Under the pieces are notes generated by a model that did no database searches, had not been told where the DNA came from, and worked only from the letters and a program-made list of their open reading frames with translations. The translations under genes were made by a program, and so were the position numbers. A DNA stretch of 64,000 nt. Origin: Octopus vulgaris (taxonomy: Eukaryota). Every line of letters starts with the position of its first letter. The first letter of the stretch is position 1. The DNA is taken from positions 26,040,001-26,104,000 of the forward strand of contig OX597822.1 in the NCBI GenBank assembly GCA_951406725.2. The letters are read 5' to 3'. Shown here one piece after another: positions 1 through 14,875 of this stretch.

Positions 1-941
1 CAAAGTGTTCTTTTCATTTGAAAAAAAACACAGTCACTGGTTCTACTGTTGGCCCTCTGATTGATGAAAATGGTACTCTCCAAGACAATGCCAAAACCAT
101 GGGAGGGATATTGCAGAAACAATATTGCTCTGTTTTCAGCAATCCTGATATGACTGATCTGGGCTGTATCAGTGATGGTACTCCCCAATACACTTTATCG
201 GACATAACCTATGGCGCTCCTGATGTCTTAGCAGCAATAAAAGAAATGAAGCATAATTCAGCAGTAGGTCCCGATAGGTTCCCTGCTTGTGTCTTGAAGA
301 TGTGTCAACACCAACTTGCACCCCCTCTAGCCAATCTGTGGCGGAACTCACTGGATGCTGGATATATACCAGAAGACCTTCTATCCCAGTCTGTTGTCCC
401 AGTTTTCAAAAAAGGAAACAAATAGCTTGCCGTGAATTACCGTCCAATCTCACTCACCTCTCACATCATTAAGGTATTTGAGAGAGTGCTGAGATCGCGT
501 ATAACTCACTTCCTTGAGAGTCATAATATGATGTGGAAAATATTCCATCAGCACTGTCCGAATGATGTTGGCATCACCTTCAAAATACATCCAAGGCTTG
601 GACCACGTGCCATCCGTCCACAACAAAAATTTAAATCGCATAACATAACGACAATACGGCACAATTATTTCACCTCAATTGGACCCGCTCTCTTCAACAT
701 TACACCAGGACACGTCAAAACAGAAACTGACCACACAAAATTCAAGAAGTCTTTGGACAAATTCCTTCAAACAGTCCTTGACAAACCACCCACACCCGGA
801 TATGTCACCGCAAACAATAACTCTCTGCTCGAATGGGCCTTGGTGCCCAAATCCTGAATTGAAAGACGTCGCCAGGTGGTGCTGTTAAGTCAGGCATGGC
901 CTGGGCCAATACTGGCCAAAACCTTTCTAATTTATTCTAAG
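1..941 (+). mobile_element. CR1-group LINE (family A), 3' part with internal deletion
   Basis: ORFs 18-425 and 432-857 carry [19 protein letters not shown]-proximal motifs joined at ~527 directly to the C-terminal domain. The 3' end GGTGGTGCT..GCATGGCC plus a TCTAA(G)TT(TA) tail runs into (TA)n. Confidence 0.9.
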
Positions 942-988
<47 letters not shown>

Positions 989-1236
989 GGAGCACTAGGC
1001 CACTTGGTGTAGAATAGATATACTATTAAATTAGTATCTAATTCTCTCACCCTTATTAATTAATTATAATTATGCTGCATTTATTTCTAAATGCTGTATT
1101 TGTTTTCCGTGAAAATTTGGCGCGCTGTTAGTTGGGGCATTTGAATTATAACGTCGGATGTAATCAATTGAACCACACGCGTATTTATCGTTATGGTAAA
1201 ATCTGGCGTGTGATTGAGTGGATTTCATCCAGATAG

Positions 1237-1318
1237 TTTTGGCTGAAGAGCTACAAGTGGATTTTATTGTAAGTAAAATTACATTTAATTCATTAATAGC
1301 GAAACAATTGTCCCAAAA
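1237..1318 (+). ncRNA. Type I hammerhead ribozyme (probable PLE pLTR remnant, 986-1470)
   Basis: ttttgg-CTGAAGA-gcta..tagc-GAAAC-aatt-GTC-ccaaaa; stems I, II and III all pair. Confidence 0.85.
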
Positions 1319-1466
1319 TAATCTGTATTTTGTTATTTTTTATTTGCCCTGTCCGTGTGAGCTAACAATCGTACTGACTTTCATGGGAAACATGTATTTT
1401 TGTGGTTGAAACATTTTGGATTAACTGGTGCTAGAGTGAGCCATATAGTGACCACTCTCTTATATT

Positions 1467-1520
<54 letters not shown>

Positions 1521-1554
1521 ATGTAGGTATATATGTATATATATATGTGTGTGT

Positions 1555-1772
1555 GTTTGTGTCTGTGTTTGTCCTACCACCACCACCACCATAGCTTGAG
1601 AACCGATGTTAGTGTGTTTGCGTCCCTGTAACTTAGCTGTTCAGCGAAACACTGATAGAATAAGCACCAGGCTTGCAGGGAATAAGTCCAGGGGTCAATT
1701 TATTCGACTAAAGGGTGGTGCTCCAGCATAACCACTGTCAAATACCTGAAACATGTAAAAGAATAAAAGAAT
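1555..1772 (+). mobile_element. SINE 3' half (same family as 62858-63184)
   Basis: Shares gtaacttagc..gatagaataag..ggtgctccagcat..tgaaaca and an (AAAAGAAT) tail with the other copies. Confidence 0.8.
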
Positions 1773-1944
1773 ACGAGAAAAATATTCCGTACCACTAAAC
1801 CAAGAAGGTTCTCTGAATATGTACGATGTATTTTAAAGCTAAATAGTAATTCTGTTTACGTTTGCGTAACTGAGATATTTCGGTTGGATTATATAGTTAT
1901 CGGCTTTGCACTTCTTTCTATATTCTGTAACTGTCACAATATAC

Positions 1945-2158
1945 TTTTCTACTATAGACACAGGTCCTGAAATTTTGTTAGGGAGAGGGACAGTCGATTA
2001 GATCAACCCCAGTACGCAACTGGTACTTAATTTATCGACCTCGAAAGGACGAAAGTAAAGTCGACCTCGGCAGAATTTGAACTCAGAATGTTAAGAGAGA
2101 CGAAATGCCACTAAGGATTTCGCCCGGCGTGCTAACGATTCTGCCAGCTTGCTGCCTT
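1945..2158 (-). mobile_element. tRNA-derived SINE, second family
   Basis: B-box-like GAGTTCAAATTC on the minus strand and a central TCCTTTCGAGGTCGATAAATTAAGTACCAG motif; second copy at 59888-60102. Confidence 0.8.
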
Positions 2159-2273
2159 TAACTGTCACAATATAGAAACATTTCTCATGGCACCAGCACA
2201 CAATTTACAGATGCTTACATTTTTTTATATTTTCCGTGAATTTTTCACGGGTCCAGCTAGTTATTATTATTAT

Positions 2274-3283
2274 ATGTTTGGCTTTTGCTTTGTAATTGTA
2301 CAAGTTGACTCCAAGTCTCATCAGAGCACTATTTTTTGAATTTCTTCCATTTTTAGATTTCCTGATATCTGGGACAGGTAGCAATCAACCCCTTTTGCTA
2401 TCATTCCTAGGGCACCTATGACAACAGGTATTGTTTTAATTTTGAAGTTCCACATTTTGCTAATTTTTATGTCGATTGGGACAGCCATATCGATGAGAAA
2501 ACATGATTTTAGTCTGAAGTTTTCCAATATAATGTCTGACCTATTTGCATCTATCATTCTATCAGTTTGAACAGTAAAATTCTAAAGAAGTGTGATGCGA
2601 CTATTTTCAAGCACTGGAGATGGTTTGTATTCCTACTAGTTTTTATCAAGAGTCACATCCAAGTCTTTACAAATTACCTATTTAATATACTGTGCTGCTC
2701 TATCATGCCTGTTGAGATACTCTGTAGGCGCAGGAAGGCTGAACATGGAAACAACATGATCGATGGTTTCATTTTGTTGTTCACATACACGACATATTGG
2801 GCCGCTGGCGCTCTTTAAGATGTTGGCCTGGTAGCTTCTTATAGGTAGGCATTGATCTTGGGCTGCTATGATAAACCCTTCTGTCTCTGCTTTTAAGTCA
2901 TAATACACTAACCATTGATAGGCAATAGTTTTGTCAGCATCAGCGTTATTATCTCTCTTTGGGTATTTCCTACTGAGAGCTTTTACTTGCCATTTATCAG
3001 TAAGAATTTTTAAAGCAGCAATTTTAGCAAGGGTTTTCACACGCTTAGCTTTTTCTGTGCTTGTTTCCAGTACGTTTGATTCTGGGATTTGTTATATTTG
3101 GAAATCACTCAGAGTATGACGTTTTCTTGTTTTCATGCTTCAAAGACAAATTTTAACATCCAGTCATCAAAGTTTTTCAGGTAAGTGTGTAGGCCAATTG
3201 TGGCAATCTTCATTGTCAATTTCATTTGTAAGAGTACACGATCACCTTCTTTTCTTAGCAGGTATAGTCGTTCAATGTCTGCC
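2274..3283 (-). mobile_element. R4/Dong-like non-LTR retrotransposon, 3' fragment (CCHC plus restriction-like endonuclease)
   Basis: ETEGFIIAAQDQ, CRVC..ETIDHVVS, RHD, NRSDII..LIDMAVP and IPVVIGALG motifs; both flanks are (TTA)n/(ATC)n. Confidence 0.85.
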
Positions 3284-3339
3284 ATCATCATGATCATCAT
3301 GATCATCATCATTATTATTGTTATCATTATTATTATTAT

Positions 3340-4089
3340 TGGACCATACGAAGAGCGCGATGCGATTGCAATAGATATTCTTTTGGTTGAACGATATTTC
3401 GAGAGCTAGCCTGTCTTCGTCGAGTTCAAAATGAAAAGTGATACAAAAAATTCAAAATTATAGAAATTCAAATCCAACATATGAACGAGGGCAACACGGT
3501 CACCACGTTGATGGAATGACATCATCAGTCTTCAAATTTCAAGTTACAACTGGCAAAAAGAAAAAGAAAGAAAAAGAAGAAAAAGAAAAGAAAAAAGAAT
3601 ATTTAATCGAACAGTTTTGTGTAAATATGAAATTCTCCAGTCGTTGTATTTATTCCCCTAGGGCATGATATTAAGCCATCAAACATATTTCTCCTCATGC
3701 ATTTTGAATACTGAAAGTATAGCAGATTCGGAATATTTTCTGAGAATATGCACTTCCAAGCTTTTTACAAAATTTCAGCCGTTTAATGCAAAATGTTCGA
3801 CAAGTTCAGTCAAACTACTGTTATTGTGCCCCACATCATATCTATGCTCATTGAATCTTTTGTTTAATTTTTCTGTTGTACAACCAACATAAATCAAGTT
3901 TTGTTTCATGCATTCTGCTGCGTACAACAAATGGGAATCTCTAAACGTCCGAATGAAATTCACTTGACTCATGTTGTTGCACAATGAATAGGACTTAACT
4001 CTCTTGCGGCTGTTTTTCAAGGTACAGCGTGCAGAAACTCCAATGTTAGTTTTCGTGGAGTCAGAAGTAGAGGTTAATTGTTCTCTCAC
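3340..4089 (-). mobile_element. Penelope-like element 3' fragment (GIY-YIG endonuclease plus pLTR)
   Basis: ORF 3775-4089 LLYAAEC..IYVGCTTEKLNKRFNEH is a GIY-YIG signature. Confidence 0.75.
3387..3429 (-). ncRNA. Minimal hammerhead variant (extra-A core)
   Basis: Minus strand: ttgaac-TCGACGAA-gacag..ctctc-GAAA-TATC-gttcaa; lies downstream of a GIY-YIG fragment. Confidence 0.55.
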
Positions 4090-4404
4090 ATTTTATTCTG
4101 TCTAGAGGCTACAATAGGCGGCTGAGGAAGTATAATAGGCAACTGAGTTTACAAAGATGTCTATGCGAACCAACAAAACTAACCCTTTTCTTTCAATACA
4201 CTTCACTCCTGCATATTTTCCCACTTCCTACCATCTCACTATATACGTCTTTCTCTTCCATTTTCTCTTTCTTTCTTTCTGTCTTTATTTCTCTCTCTCA
4301 TTCTCTCTCTCATTCTCTCTCTCTCTCTCTCTCTCTATCTCTCCCATTCTTCCTCTCTGTATACATATATACCTTCCTATCTTAGCTCTAATCACATGTA
4401 TATC

Positions 4405-7328
4405 AATAGGATCTTGTGATCGACCCTGTCGAAGGCCTTACTGAAATCAAGGTAGATGACATCGGTGTTGAAGCCCTCTCCCAAAGCTCTCAAAATGTCA
4501 TCAAAGTGATGCAGGAGCTGCGTTAGGCAGTCCCTTCCATTACGGAACCCATGTTGGTTAGAGATCAGCCGTCTGTTGCTTTCCAGAAATTGGGTTATTC
4601 GAGATCTCACCACCCTCTCAAATACCTTGATGATATGAGAGGTGAGTGAGATCGGACGGTAGTTCACTGCAAGGGACTTGTTTCCCTTTTTGAAAACTGA
4701 GACAACAGACTGGGACAGAAGGTTTTTTGGAATATAGCCAGCATCCAGTGAGTTTCTCCACAGATTAGCAAGGGGAGATGCAAGTTGGTGTCGACACATC
4801 TTCAGGACACAAGCAGGGAACCTATCGGGGCCTACTGCTGAATTGTGTTTTATTTCGTTTATCGCCGCTAAGACATCAGGGGCACTAAACGTTATGTCCG
4901 ATATAGTGTGTTGGGGGTTGACATCACTGATACAGCCCAGATCGGCCATATCAGGATTGCTGAAAACAGAGCAGTATTGTTTCTGCAGTATCTCGGCCAT
5001 GGATTTGGCATTATCTTGGAGAGTGCCAGTTTCATCAATTAGAGGGCCAACAATGGAGACAGTGACCCTGCGTTTCCTCGCAAATGAAAAGAAAACTTTG
5101 GGGTTGAGTTTGATTTTTTCAATGGCCCACTTCTCCTCAGCTGATCTTTGGTTATTGATGAGGGTCTTCATGCATTGTTGGAGGTTATATTTTTTGGATT
5201 CAAGCAGTGCGATAGCCGTCGAATGTGTGTGTTGCTGTTGGCAGTACTTTAGTTTGTTAATTTTTTTGTTTGTTCTTTTTATTTTTCTGATAATGGTTTT
5301 TCTGTTTTGGGGGATTCTGCACTTTTTGTTCACAGGTCTTGGTGGGGAGTGTTTTGCACATATGTCTGTGACGGTGTCTACAAAGATCTGCCAAGATGTT
5401 TTATGGTTGGTGGAGATGTGTGTATGTGTAAAGGACCAGTCAACATGTGATAGCTCGTTCCTGATTGCATCCCAGTTGGCATTATGGAGATCCATGTTGT
5501 CAAATGGGTGGGCTGGAGGGAGGTCACTAGGATTAGCTTTCGGCTGGTGGAATTTCATGTTACAGAGAACCATGTCATGGTCTGAAAGAAGGGTTTTTCC
5601 ACTGTAACGTTATGTATAGTGTTAGTGTGGTTACTAAACACTAGGTCCAAAATGTTCTTCTGATGTCTTGTTGGTGCAAGGACAAGTTGGGACAAGAAAA
5701 ACTCATTCGTAAAGTCGAAAAGTGACTCTGCTGCTTCTTTGTCAGCGGTTGAGGCGGGAGTGCTTGGTTTCAAACAGTTTGTAGTCCAGTCAACACAGGG
5801 TAGATTGAAGTCTCCCATCATGAGTAGGTTGCTAGAATGGCACTGTTGAATAAAGCACTTAATGCTGTTGAGGCATTCTTTAAAGCACAGTATGGGTGTT
5901 TGGGGCGGCCTATAGAGCCCAATTACTGTCAGGTCATTGGCTTTGTTGTGCACGGTGACTGATTCACAGTAGCCGTTGGAGAATATACTATTTCCATCTG
6001 CCGTAAACGAATCATGCTGGAAAATGGCAGTTCCACCCTTCCTTCTGCCGATACGATCCGCGCGGATGGTTGTGAAATTCTTCACTCTCACTTCGGCTTC
6101 CAAGTGGGAGTTGTCAAGGTGGATCTCAGTGAGAATGAAGAAAGGGATGTGGTGTGGATGGTTACCAACCCAGTCTTCAATGAATTGGACCTTCTATTTT
6201 TGTGCATTGATGGAAGGGCTGACACCTTGTGCATTGAGTAGAAATGTGGAGGTTAGTGTAGTGGCTGGTTTTGACTGTTGCAGGGGGCTTGGATTTTTTG
6301 TGTGTGTTAGTGGCAGCAAGGTGGGGAATTGGTGCACTGGGGTAATAGCATAGGATGGTGTTGAGTGATGGATAGAATATTTTTGTGTATCTCTTTTGCC
6401 ATGTTCAACATGGCTAAAAAAATTTTCCTGCTTAGGGAGCAGTTTTTGGCTGGAGGTGTGGTTGCACTGTTGGATAGGGTTGTAGTTTCCACTTTTGTTG
6501 TTGTTGGTTTTGTGTCTTCCTGAAAAGACTGGACCAGCATTACTGCAGCATGGTGTGTTTTTATTTTTATTTTTATTCAGGTTTGTGTGTTGGCTTGAAG
6601 CTCCGTTTCTGTTTGTGCGTCGGGTCCCTGGAAGATGAGTGAAGGGACAGTCACTCAGCAGACATATTCTCTCACGTTGGGAATACCGGCAGATTTTGGG
6701 ACTCCGAGTTGTGTGTGTTTTGAATTTCGATTTACTATTTGGTGGTGTTGATGTTATTGTGGGATGCGTGCTTTGGCCTTGGCCGGTAGTGCGTCTAGTG
6801 CCAGGTAGATGCGTGAAGATGCAGTCACTATTTGTGCAGAGTCTCTGGCGCAGTGAATAGCGGCAAATTTTGGGGTTTCTTGTTTGTGACGTGGGGGGCG
6901 CAGTCTGCTTCATATGTTTCTTTAAGATTTTGTTACTGCAGTAGTATTGAGGTGGTGATGTGGGGGAAGAGAGCAGTGGTTTCTCATTTGTTTTTTTGTT
7001 GGTATTTTTGGTGATAGAAGACGATGGTGGCAGCGGTGGTGATGATGATGATGATAATTGTGGTGGTTGCCGTGAGAGCGGTGAAAAGATACTGGCATTT
7101 AGTGAATCATCTAGTATGCTAGAGTTGAGGAGTGGCTGTTGTTGTTCTTGTTGCTGTGGCTGTTGTTGTTGTTGTTGTGCTTGACCGATGTTAGGGTCAG
7201 CTATTGTGCTGGGAACTAGGAGTGGCTCATTCTGTTGTTCTTGTTGTTGTGGCTGTTGATTTTCTAGCTGTTGCTGTTCTTGAACAGTGAAAATATAAAG
7301 AACTTTTTCAAAATGGCTTTTTGTCAGT

Positions 7329-7329
<1 letters not shown>
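4405..7329 (-). mobile_element. CR1-group LINE (family A): ORF1 end, APE and RT, 3'-truncated and frameshifted
   Basis: ORFs 6194-6913, 5555-6103 (YRPP, GDFNLP, LDLVF) and 4392-5573 (QHGFR, YLDFSKAFDRVDH). Highly similar to 1-941; the 5' end abuts (TA)n. Confidence 0.92.
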
Positions 7330-7360
<31 letters not shown>

Positions 7361-7431
7361 TATGTAGGTCCCGGGTTGAGTCGGGGTTAACCACAGTAGA
7401 TAAGTTACTCAATACATAGCAGAGTAAGTTA

Positions 7432-7555
7432 ATTTATTATATAGAAGGAGCTTCTACAGGACTAGAACTGTTTCATTCAAAAGAAATCATCAGGTAGCTT
7501 CCTGATGATTTCTTTTGAATGAAACAGTTCTAGTCCTGTAAACTCCTTCTATATA

Positions 7556-7561
<6 letters not shown>
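7432..7561. ncRNA. Palindrome of two back-to-back hammerhead ribozymes (minus 7449-7499; plus 7496-7546)
   Basis: CTGATGA-t-ttc-tttt-gaa-t-GAAACAG-ttctagtc-CTGTA on both strands, centred on a shared AGCT. Confidence 0.8.
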
Positions 7562-7608
<47 letters not shown>

Positions 7609-7612
<4 letters not shown>

Positions 7613-9662
7613 TTTTGATTTTGATTTTGATTTTTCCAGTTTCAGCTAATGAGCTGTGGCCATGCTGGGGCACCGCCATTTGGTTTGCTACACGGTTTTA
7701 CCTCACGGATGCTTTTTAGCAAACGCCATCTGATGCATGAGAGAGTTCGATGCAGCTGCCCTCATCTGCACCTCCTGCCGTGAAGTTGGTTCATCCGGGA
7801 CACCTGACAGGAAGAGATCCAGTCCTACTTTAGAGACATCCGCATCTACACCATGCAGGTCCCTCAGGTTCTTCGGGAGGATATTGAAGAGCCGTGGGCC
7901 TCTGAAGCCCAGGATATCACAATATTTTGTCCTACATCTTGATGGCAAATTTGGAGTCCTTGGTACTACGCAGTGGCGTCCGGTTCTGGCATTTGTGTGA
8001 CTCTCGATGCCAAAGTCTGGGACAAGACCTTCCAGGATCTTCCAGATATATATTATGGCATATCTTTCTCGCCTACGCTCCAGGGAATAGAGCTTTAATC
8101 TCTTGAGTCTCTCCCAGTAGCTCATATGCTGCACAGAGGCTATCTTCTTCGTGTAGCTTCGTTGGATCGCCTCAAGTTCTGTGATCAACTTGACACTGGA
8201 TCGTGACCATAACTGAGAGCAATAGTCAAAGTGGCTTAGGACAAGTGTCTTCCAGAGGACCATCACGGTTTCTTGTTCTCTTGTTCTAAAGGTTCTAAGA
8301 ATCCATCCAGCCAGCCGTCTACATTTCATTGTCAGTTTAGCAACATGTGCATGAAAGGTCGCGTCATCACTCATGTGAATACCCAGGTCACGCACTGATT
8401 GTGCCTCTGGGATTGCAATCCCTCCGGGTCCAGTGTATTCATTGGGTATTGCATTCAGTTTTGCATGCTGATAGTATAAAGCTTGAAACTTTTCAGCATT
8501 GAACTGCATGCTATTCTTTTCAGCCCACTTGTATATTTCGTCCAGCTCACATTGCAGGTGCTTAGTATCTTCAGGGTTCTGTATTGCCTGTGAAACTTTT
8601 GTATCATCTGCATAACTTGTGATCGTGGCTCTCTGCGTGGCTGAGGGCATGTCTGAGAGGGCCATTATGAACAGTAGTGGTCCCAAAACAGTGCCCTGCG
8701 GAACACCGCTCACTATTTGCGTGCTAATGGAAGTGGCCCCATTGGCTGCTACCACCTGAATTCTATTCTTCAGAAAGTCATGAAGCCATTCTCCTAGTTT
8801 TCCAACTATGCCAAGATCACGCAGTTTGTGACATATCATTTCATGATCGACTTTATCGAAGGCCTTTGCGAAGTCGAGATATATGACTTCCACATTTGAG
8901 TGGTTGAGCAGTTGTTTCAGCACCCAGTCATAGTGCTGCAGGAGCTGAGTTAAGCAGCTTCTTCCTGGTCGGAAACCATGTTGGGTGTCAGGCTGCAAGT
9001 CATTTTCTTCAAGGAAGGTGATTAGTTTCCTTCTGACTATTCGTTCCATGACCTTGCTGATGTGTGAGGTCAGAGAGATAGGTCTGTAGTTCTTGGCCTC
9101 CGCTCTGCTACCTCCTTTATGAATAGGGCATATTTTACCTTCCTTCAGTTTTCTTGGAAGTTTGCCAGCTGCAAGGAAGCTCTGAAAGAGGAACTGCAGT
9201 GGTCTTGCTAGGACTCTCTTACATACTTTTAGGAGGATTGCCGGGAATCCATCGGGGCCAATAGCTGAGTCTGTTTTCATTTCATCTATAGCCTTTATTA
9301 CATCGTCTTCCTTTATATCGATGTAATTTATCGTCGCCGCCTCTGATTCTATATCTGCAGTGGTAAAGAAGTCAGTTGGATTGCTGATTTGGAAATGCTC
9401 AAGGGGTGGAGTGAAAACACTCTTGAATTGTTCATTCAGTATTTCACTTACCCTCATTGGTTTTCCTGTGAGTGTGCCATCCTTTTCAAGGAGTGGCCCT
9501 ATCCTACAGTGCACCGTAGCTGTTTCTTTGGCATACCTGTAGAAAGCTCTGGGGTTAGTTTTTATGTTGTCTATAGCCCAGGCTTCTTTGTCTGCTCTTT
9601 CCTTCTCATGGGAGAGTTGCAGACAATTTTCAATTTCCAACAGTTTTATTTTCAGGCGGGAC
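7609..9662 (-). mobile_element. CR1-group LINE (family B), 5'-truncated; RT ORF 7703-9640
   Basis: [14 protein letters not shown] and YADDTK motifs; 3' GGCGGTGCCCCAGCATGGCC plus (AAAATC)n tail; (TA)n on both sides. Confidence 0.95.
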
Positions 9663-9664
9663 TT

Positions 9665-11341
<1,677 letters not shown>

Positions 11342-14300
11342 ATAGCCCAGGTGCCACACCGTCAGCCTTTATTGACACCCCAAATATCTCACCAGTGCTT
11401 CTGCTGAATGTCAGAGGTCTGGTGAAACCCACTAATATGAGTAAAATTCCTTACCTTAGGGACTTAAGCACAAGCAACCATGCAATATGCATAGCGCTGA
11501 CTGAAACGCACCTGTCAAGCAGTATAGCAGATGCAGAAATACACATACCAAAGTATACTGTTTTTCGGTCAGACAGGAAGGAAAGAACTCATGGTGGGGT
11601 TGCCCTGTACGTCCGTGAAGATGTCACACCCATAGTACTGTTGACACACTCAAACTCAGTCTGTGACACACTGATAGTACACATGAAACAACCGAAAATA
11701 GTAATATGTGTCACATATCGGCCACCAGACACCCCTAGTCATGAAGGAGTGTTTGAAGATAGCCTCAGAAGAATAGAAGAAGTCCTGGACAAACTGGACC
11801 AGGGTAACACCATTCTACTGTTGGGAGATTTTAACCTTCCGAAAGTCAAATGGCCAGATGGCCATCTCCTCCCTGGAATGACATCACTTGAACAGAGACA
11901 GACAGAGTCCTTGTTGGCTCTCACACGCAAGTTTTTCATGGAACAAGCAGTGCTTCGGCCAACAAGAGGTGAGAATGTCTTGGACCTCTGTTTCACAAGC
12001 AACCCGATGCTCATCCACAACATAATGGTAACACCAACAATTCTCTCAGATCACAACTTAGTAGAGGTAATGATATATGGTATGAGAGAGTTAGTTGAGA
12101 CGCAGCCATTAGAAAATACCACAGGCCTATCCAGTCTAAACTTCCATAAGGCAAACTGGAAGAAGATCAACGAAGAGATCCGAAAACATGACTGGAATGA
12201 CTTCATCACCACACAAGACACCAACACACATTTCCAACATTTCATGACAACAATACAGAACATATGCCATAAGTTTGTCCCGGAGAAAAAAGCCAGCGGG
12301 CATAGGAACGTTATTCCCAGAGACAGGAAAATACTTATGAGGCGAAGAGCTAAGCTCTCGAAGCAACTGAATGCACGGCAGAGAAACAATGAGGGACTCC
12401 ACCTGAAACTTTTTGAAACGGAAACTGCACTCAAACTTTCCTATGAGAAGGAGAGGGCAGAGAGAGAAGCCAGGGCCATAGAGAATATTAAAACAAACCC
12501 TAAAGCCTTCTTTAAATTTGCGAAAGAAACCACCTCGGTACACTGCAAGATTGGCCCACTCTTTGATAAAAAGGGCTCTCTAACTGAGGACCCCCAAGGG
12601 ATAAGTGAAATACTAAAGGAACAGTATAAAAGTGTGTTCACATCCCCTCTGGGGCACATGCAAATCACAAACCCAGAAGTTTTCTTTGATGCCACAACAC
12701 TCCAAAACCAAACAACAACCATCGACCACATAGACATAACAGAGAGGGATGTAATATCTGCCATAGAAGAAATGAGAATAAACTCAGCTGCTGGACCTGA
12801 TGGATTCCCAGCAGTCCTCCTAAAAACATGCAGGCATGCCCTAGCGGGACCACCGAAGAAGCTCTTCAGTGGTTCCTTGGCTAACGGTAAACTGCCCAGG
12901 GCGCTAAAAGAAGGCACCATATGCCCTATCCACAAAGTAGGGAGTAGAGCAGAGGCCAAAAACTACAGGCCAGTCTCCCTGACGTCACACATAAGTAAGG
13001 TCATGGAACGAATCATCAGAAAAAAACTGATCACGTTCCTCGAAGAAACTAACCGTCTCACTGACACACAGCATGGCTTTCGCCCAGGAAGAAGCTGCCT
13101 TACGCAGCTGTTACAACACTACGACTGGGTACTGAAACAACTACTGGATCGCTCACAGGTGGATGTGGTATATCTCGACTTTGCGAAGGCCTTTGACAAA
13201 GTCGACCACGGAGTGATATGCCACAAATTACTCAGACTCGGCATAACAGGAAAAGTAGGTGAGTGGATACATGACTTCCTGAAGGACAGGAGCCAGATGG
13301 TTGCAGCCAATGGAGCCCTCTCGGGAAAGACACCAATAGCAAGCGGGGTGCCACAGGGCACAGTCTTGGGACCCTTGCTGTTTCTGGTGGCGCTCTCTGA
13401 CATGCCCTTGGTAGCACAAACAACATCCCTCACTAGCTATGCTGATGACACAAAGGTAGCACAGGCAATCAAAAACCCAGCTGATGCTGACCTTTTACAA
13501 CAAGATCTGGATGCCATATACAAATGGGCTGAAGACAACAACATGCAATTTAATGCTGGTAAATTTCAAGCCTTACAATATCAAGCTGTAAACACATATA
13601 CATTACAACACAACTATACTGGTCCAGGAGGGATCGAAATCCCAGTATCGAAATCAATACGGGACCTGGGGATAGACATGAGTAACGATGCATCTTTTTC
13701 TTCACACATCGCGAACGTGGCGACAATGTGCAGACGACTCACTGGCTGGATCCTGAGGACATTCCGGACAAGAGACTGCGAGACCATGTTGACACTATGG
13801 AGGACATTTGTCCTAAGCCGCCTGGACTACTGCTCCCAACTGTGGTCACCGCATAGTGTCAAACTAACCACAGAGCTTGAGACAATCCAAAGACATTTCA
13901 CCAAGAGGATTTCCACCATGAAAGAAAAGAACTATTGGGAGAGGCTTAGGGAACTCAATTTGTACTCCTTGGAACGAAGACGAGAGAGATATGCAGTGAT
14001 ATACATATGGAAAATCCTGGAGGGACTAGCACCAAATTTTGGAATTGAGAGCTGTTCCAATCCCCGTACAGGACGTCACTGTGTGGTGCCAAAGGTCCCG
14101 TCTTCCACATCCAGGGTAAGGAGCAGATACTGTAATAGCCTGGGGTTCAGGGGCCCTCAGCTGTTCAACAAACTGCCAAGAAAACTAAGAGATTTACATG
14201 ATGCGGATGTGGACATTTTCAAAAAACATCTAGACAAGCTGCTTTCCGGGATCCCAGATGAACCCACTGCAAGGTACGAAGGTAACCTAAGGGCAGCAGC

Positions 14301-14432
14301 TACAAACTCTCTCTTAGATCAGTGGCCAGCCACGGCAAACTGGACTTAGAGAGGGTAGCAACAAGGGCGGTGCCCCAGCATGGCCTCAGCCGGATGGCTG
14401 AAACAAGTAAAAGAGTAAAAGAGTAAAAGAGT
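11342..14432 (+). mobile_element. CR1-group LINE (family C), 5'-truncated just upstream of APE
   Basis: Intact ORF2, 3' stem-loop and (GTAAAAGA)3 tail; (TA)n on both sides. Confidence 0.95.
11395..14349 (+). CDS. LINE ORF2: APE endonuclease plus reverse transcriptase (984 aa, uninterrupted)
   Basis: [23 protein letters not shown] (APE); QHGFR, DFAKAFD, GVPQG, YADD (RT). True start uncertain. Confidence 0.93.
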   Translation: MLLLNVRGLVKPTNMSKIPYLRDLSTSNHAICIALTETHLSSSIADAEIHIPKYTVFRSDRKERTHGGVALYVREDVTPIVLLTHSNSVCDTLIVHMKQPKIVICVTYRPPDTPSHEGVFEDSLRRIEEVLDKLDQGNTILLLGDFNLPKVKWPDGHLLPGMTSLEQRQTESLLALTRKFFMEQAVLRPTRGENVLDLCFTSNPMLIHNIMVTPTILSDHNLVEVMIYGMRELVETQPLENTTGLSSLNFHKANWKKINEEIRKHDWNDFITTQDTNTHFQHFMTTIQNICHKFVPEKKASGHRNVIPRDRKILMRRRAKLSKQLNARQRNNEGLHLKLFETETALKLSYEKERAEREARAIENIKTNPKAFFKFAKETTSVHCKIGPLFDKKGSLTEDPQGISEILKEQYKSVFTSPLGHMQITNPEVFFDATTLQNQTTTIDHIDITERDVISAIEEMRINSAAGPDGFPAVLLKTCRHALAGPPKKLFSGSLANGKLPRALKEGTICPIHKVGSRAEAKNYRPVSLTSHISKVMERIIRKKLITFLEETNRLTDTQHGFRPGRSCLTQLLQHYDWVLKQLLDRSQVDVVYLDFAKAFDKVDHGVICHKLLRLGITGKVGEWIHDFLKDRSQMVAANGALSGKTPIASGVPQGTVLGPLLFLVALSDMPLVAQTTSLTSYADDTKVAQAIKNPADADLLQQDLDAIYKWAEDNNMQFNAGKFQALQYQAVNTYTLQHNYTGPGGIEIPVSKSIRDLGIDMSNDASFSSHIANVATMCRRLTGWILRTFRTRDCETMLTLWRTFVLSRLDYCSQLWSPHSVKLTTELETIQRHFTKRISTMKEKNYWERLRELNLYSLERRRERYAVIYIWKILEGLAPNFGIESCSNPRTGRHCVVPKVPSSTSRVRSRYCNSLGFRGPQLFNKLPRKLRDLHDADVDIFKKHLDKLLSGIPDEPTARYEGNLRAAATNSLLDQWPATANWT

Positions 14433-14623
14433 ATATATATATATATATATATCGGAGCTGGTCATTCAACCCTATTATCAACCCTATTATCTCCCCTTAT
14501 TTCGCTCTCGCGTCTCATGTTTGATCTTTGACCTATGGCCGAAATCAGATCGCCATGTTGATTCGTTAGTTACTGCACGGATTTTTTTCTCTCCTTCTTT
14601 CTGTGTTTTTTTCTCTCTGTGTA

Positions 14624-14661
14624 TCTTTCTGTTGAAGAGCGTAGGCTCGAAACGTTAAAGA
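14624..14661 (+). ncRNA. Degenerate minimal hammerhead variant in a TA-flanked block (14452-14760)
   Basis: tcttt-CTGTTGAA-gagc-gtag-gctc-GAAA-CGTT-aaaga. Confidence 0.5.
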
Positions 14662-14758
14662 CTTGTTTTATTTATATTTTCTGAGCGCCATACTAATACA
14701 ATTGTTTGTTTGTTTCCCACCTGCCTTCGTCTTTTGTCTATTTTCATAAAGCTTCCCG

Positions 14759-14807
<49 letters not shown>

Positions 14808-14875
14808 TATATATATCTATATAGATATATATATATATATATAAATATATATATATAGATATATATATATATCTA

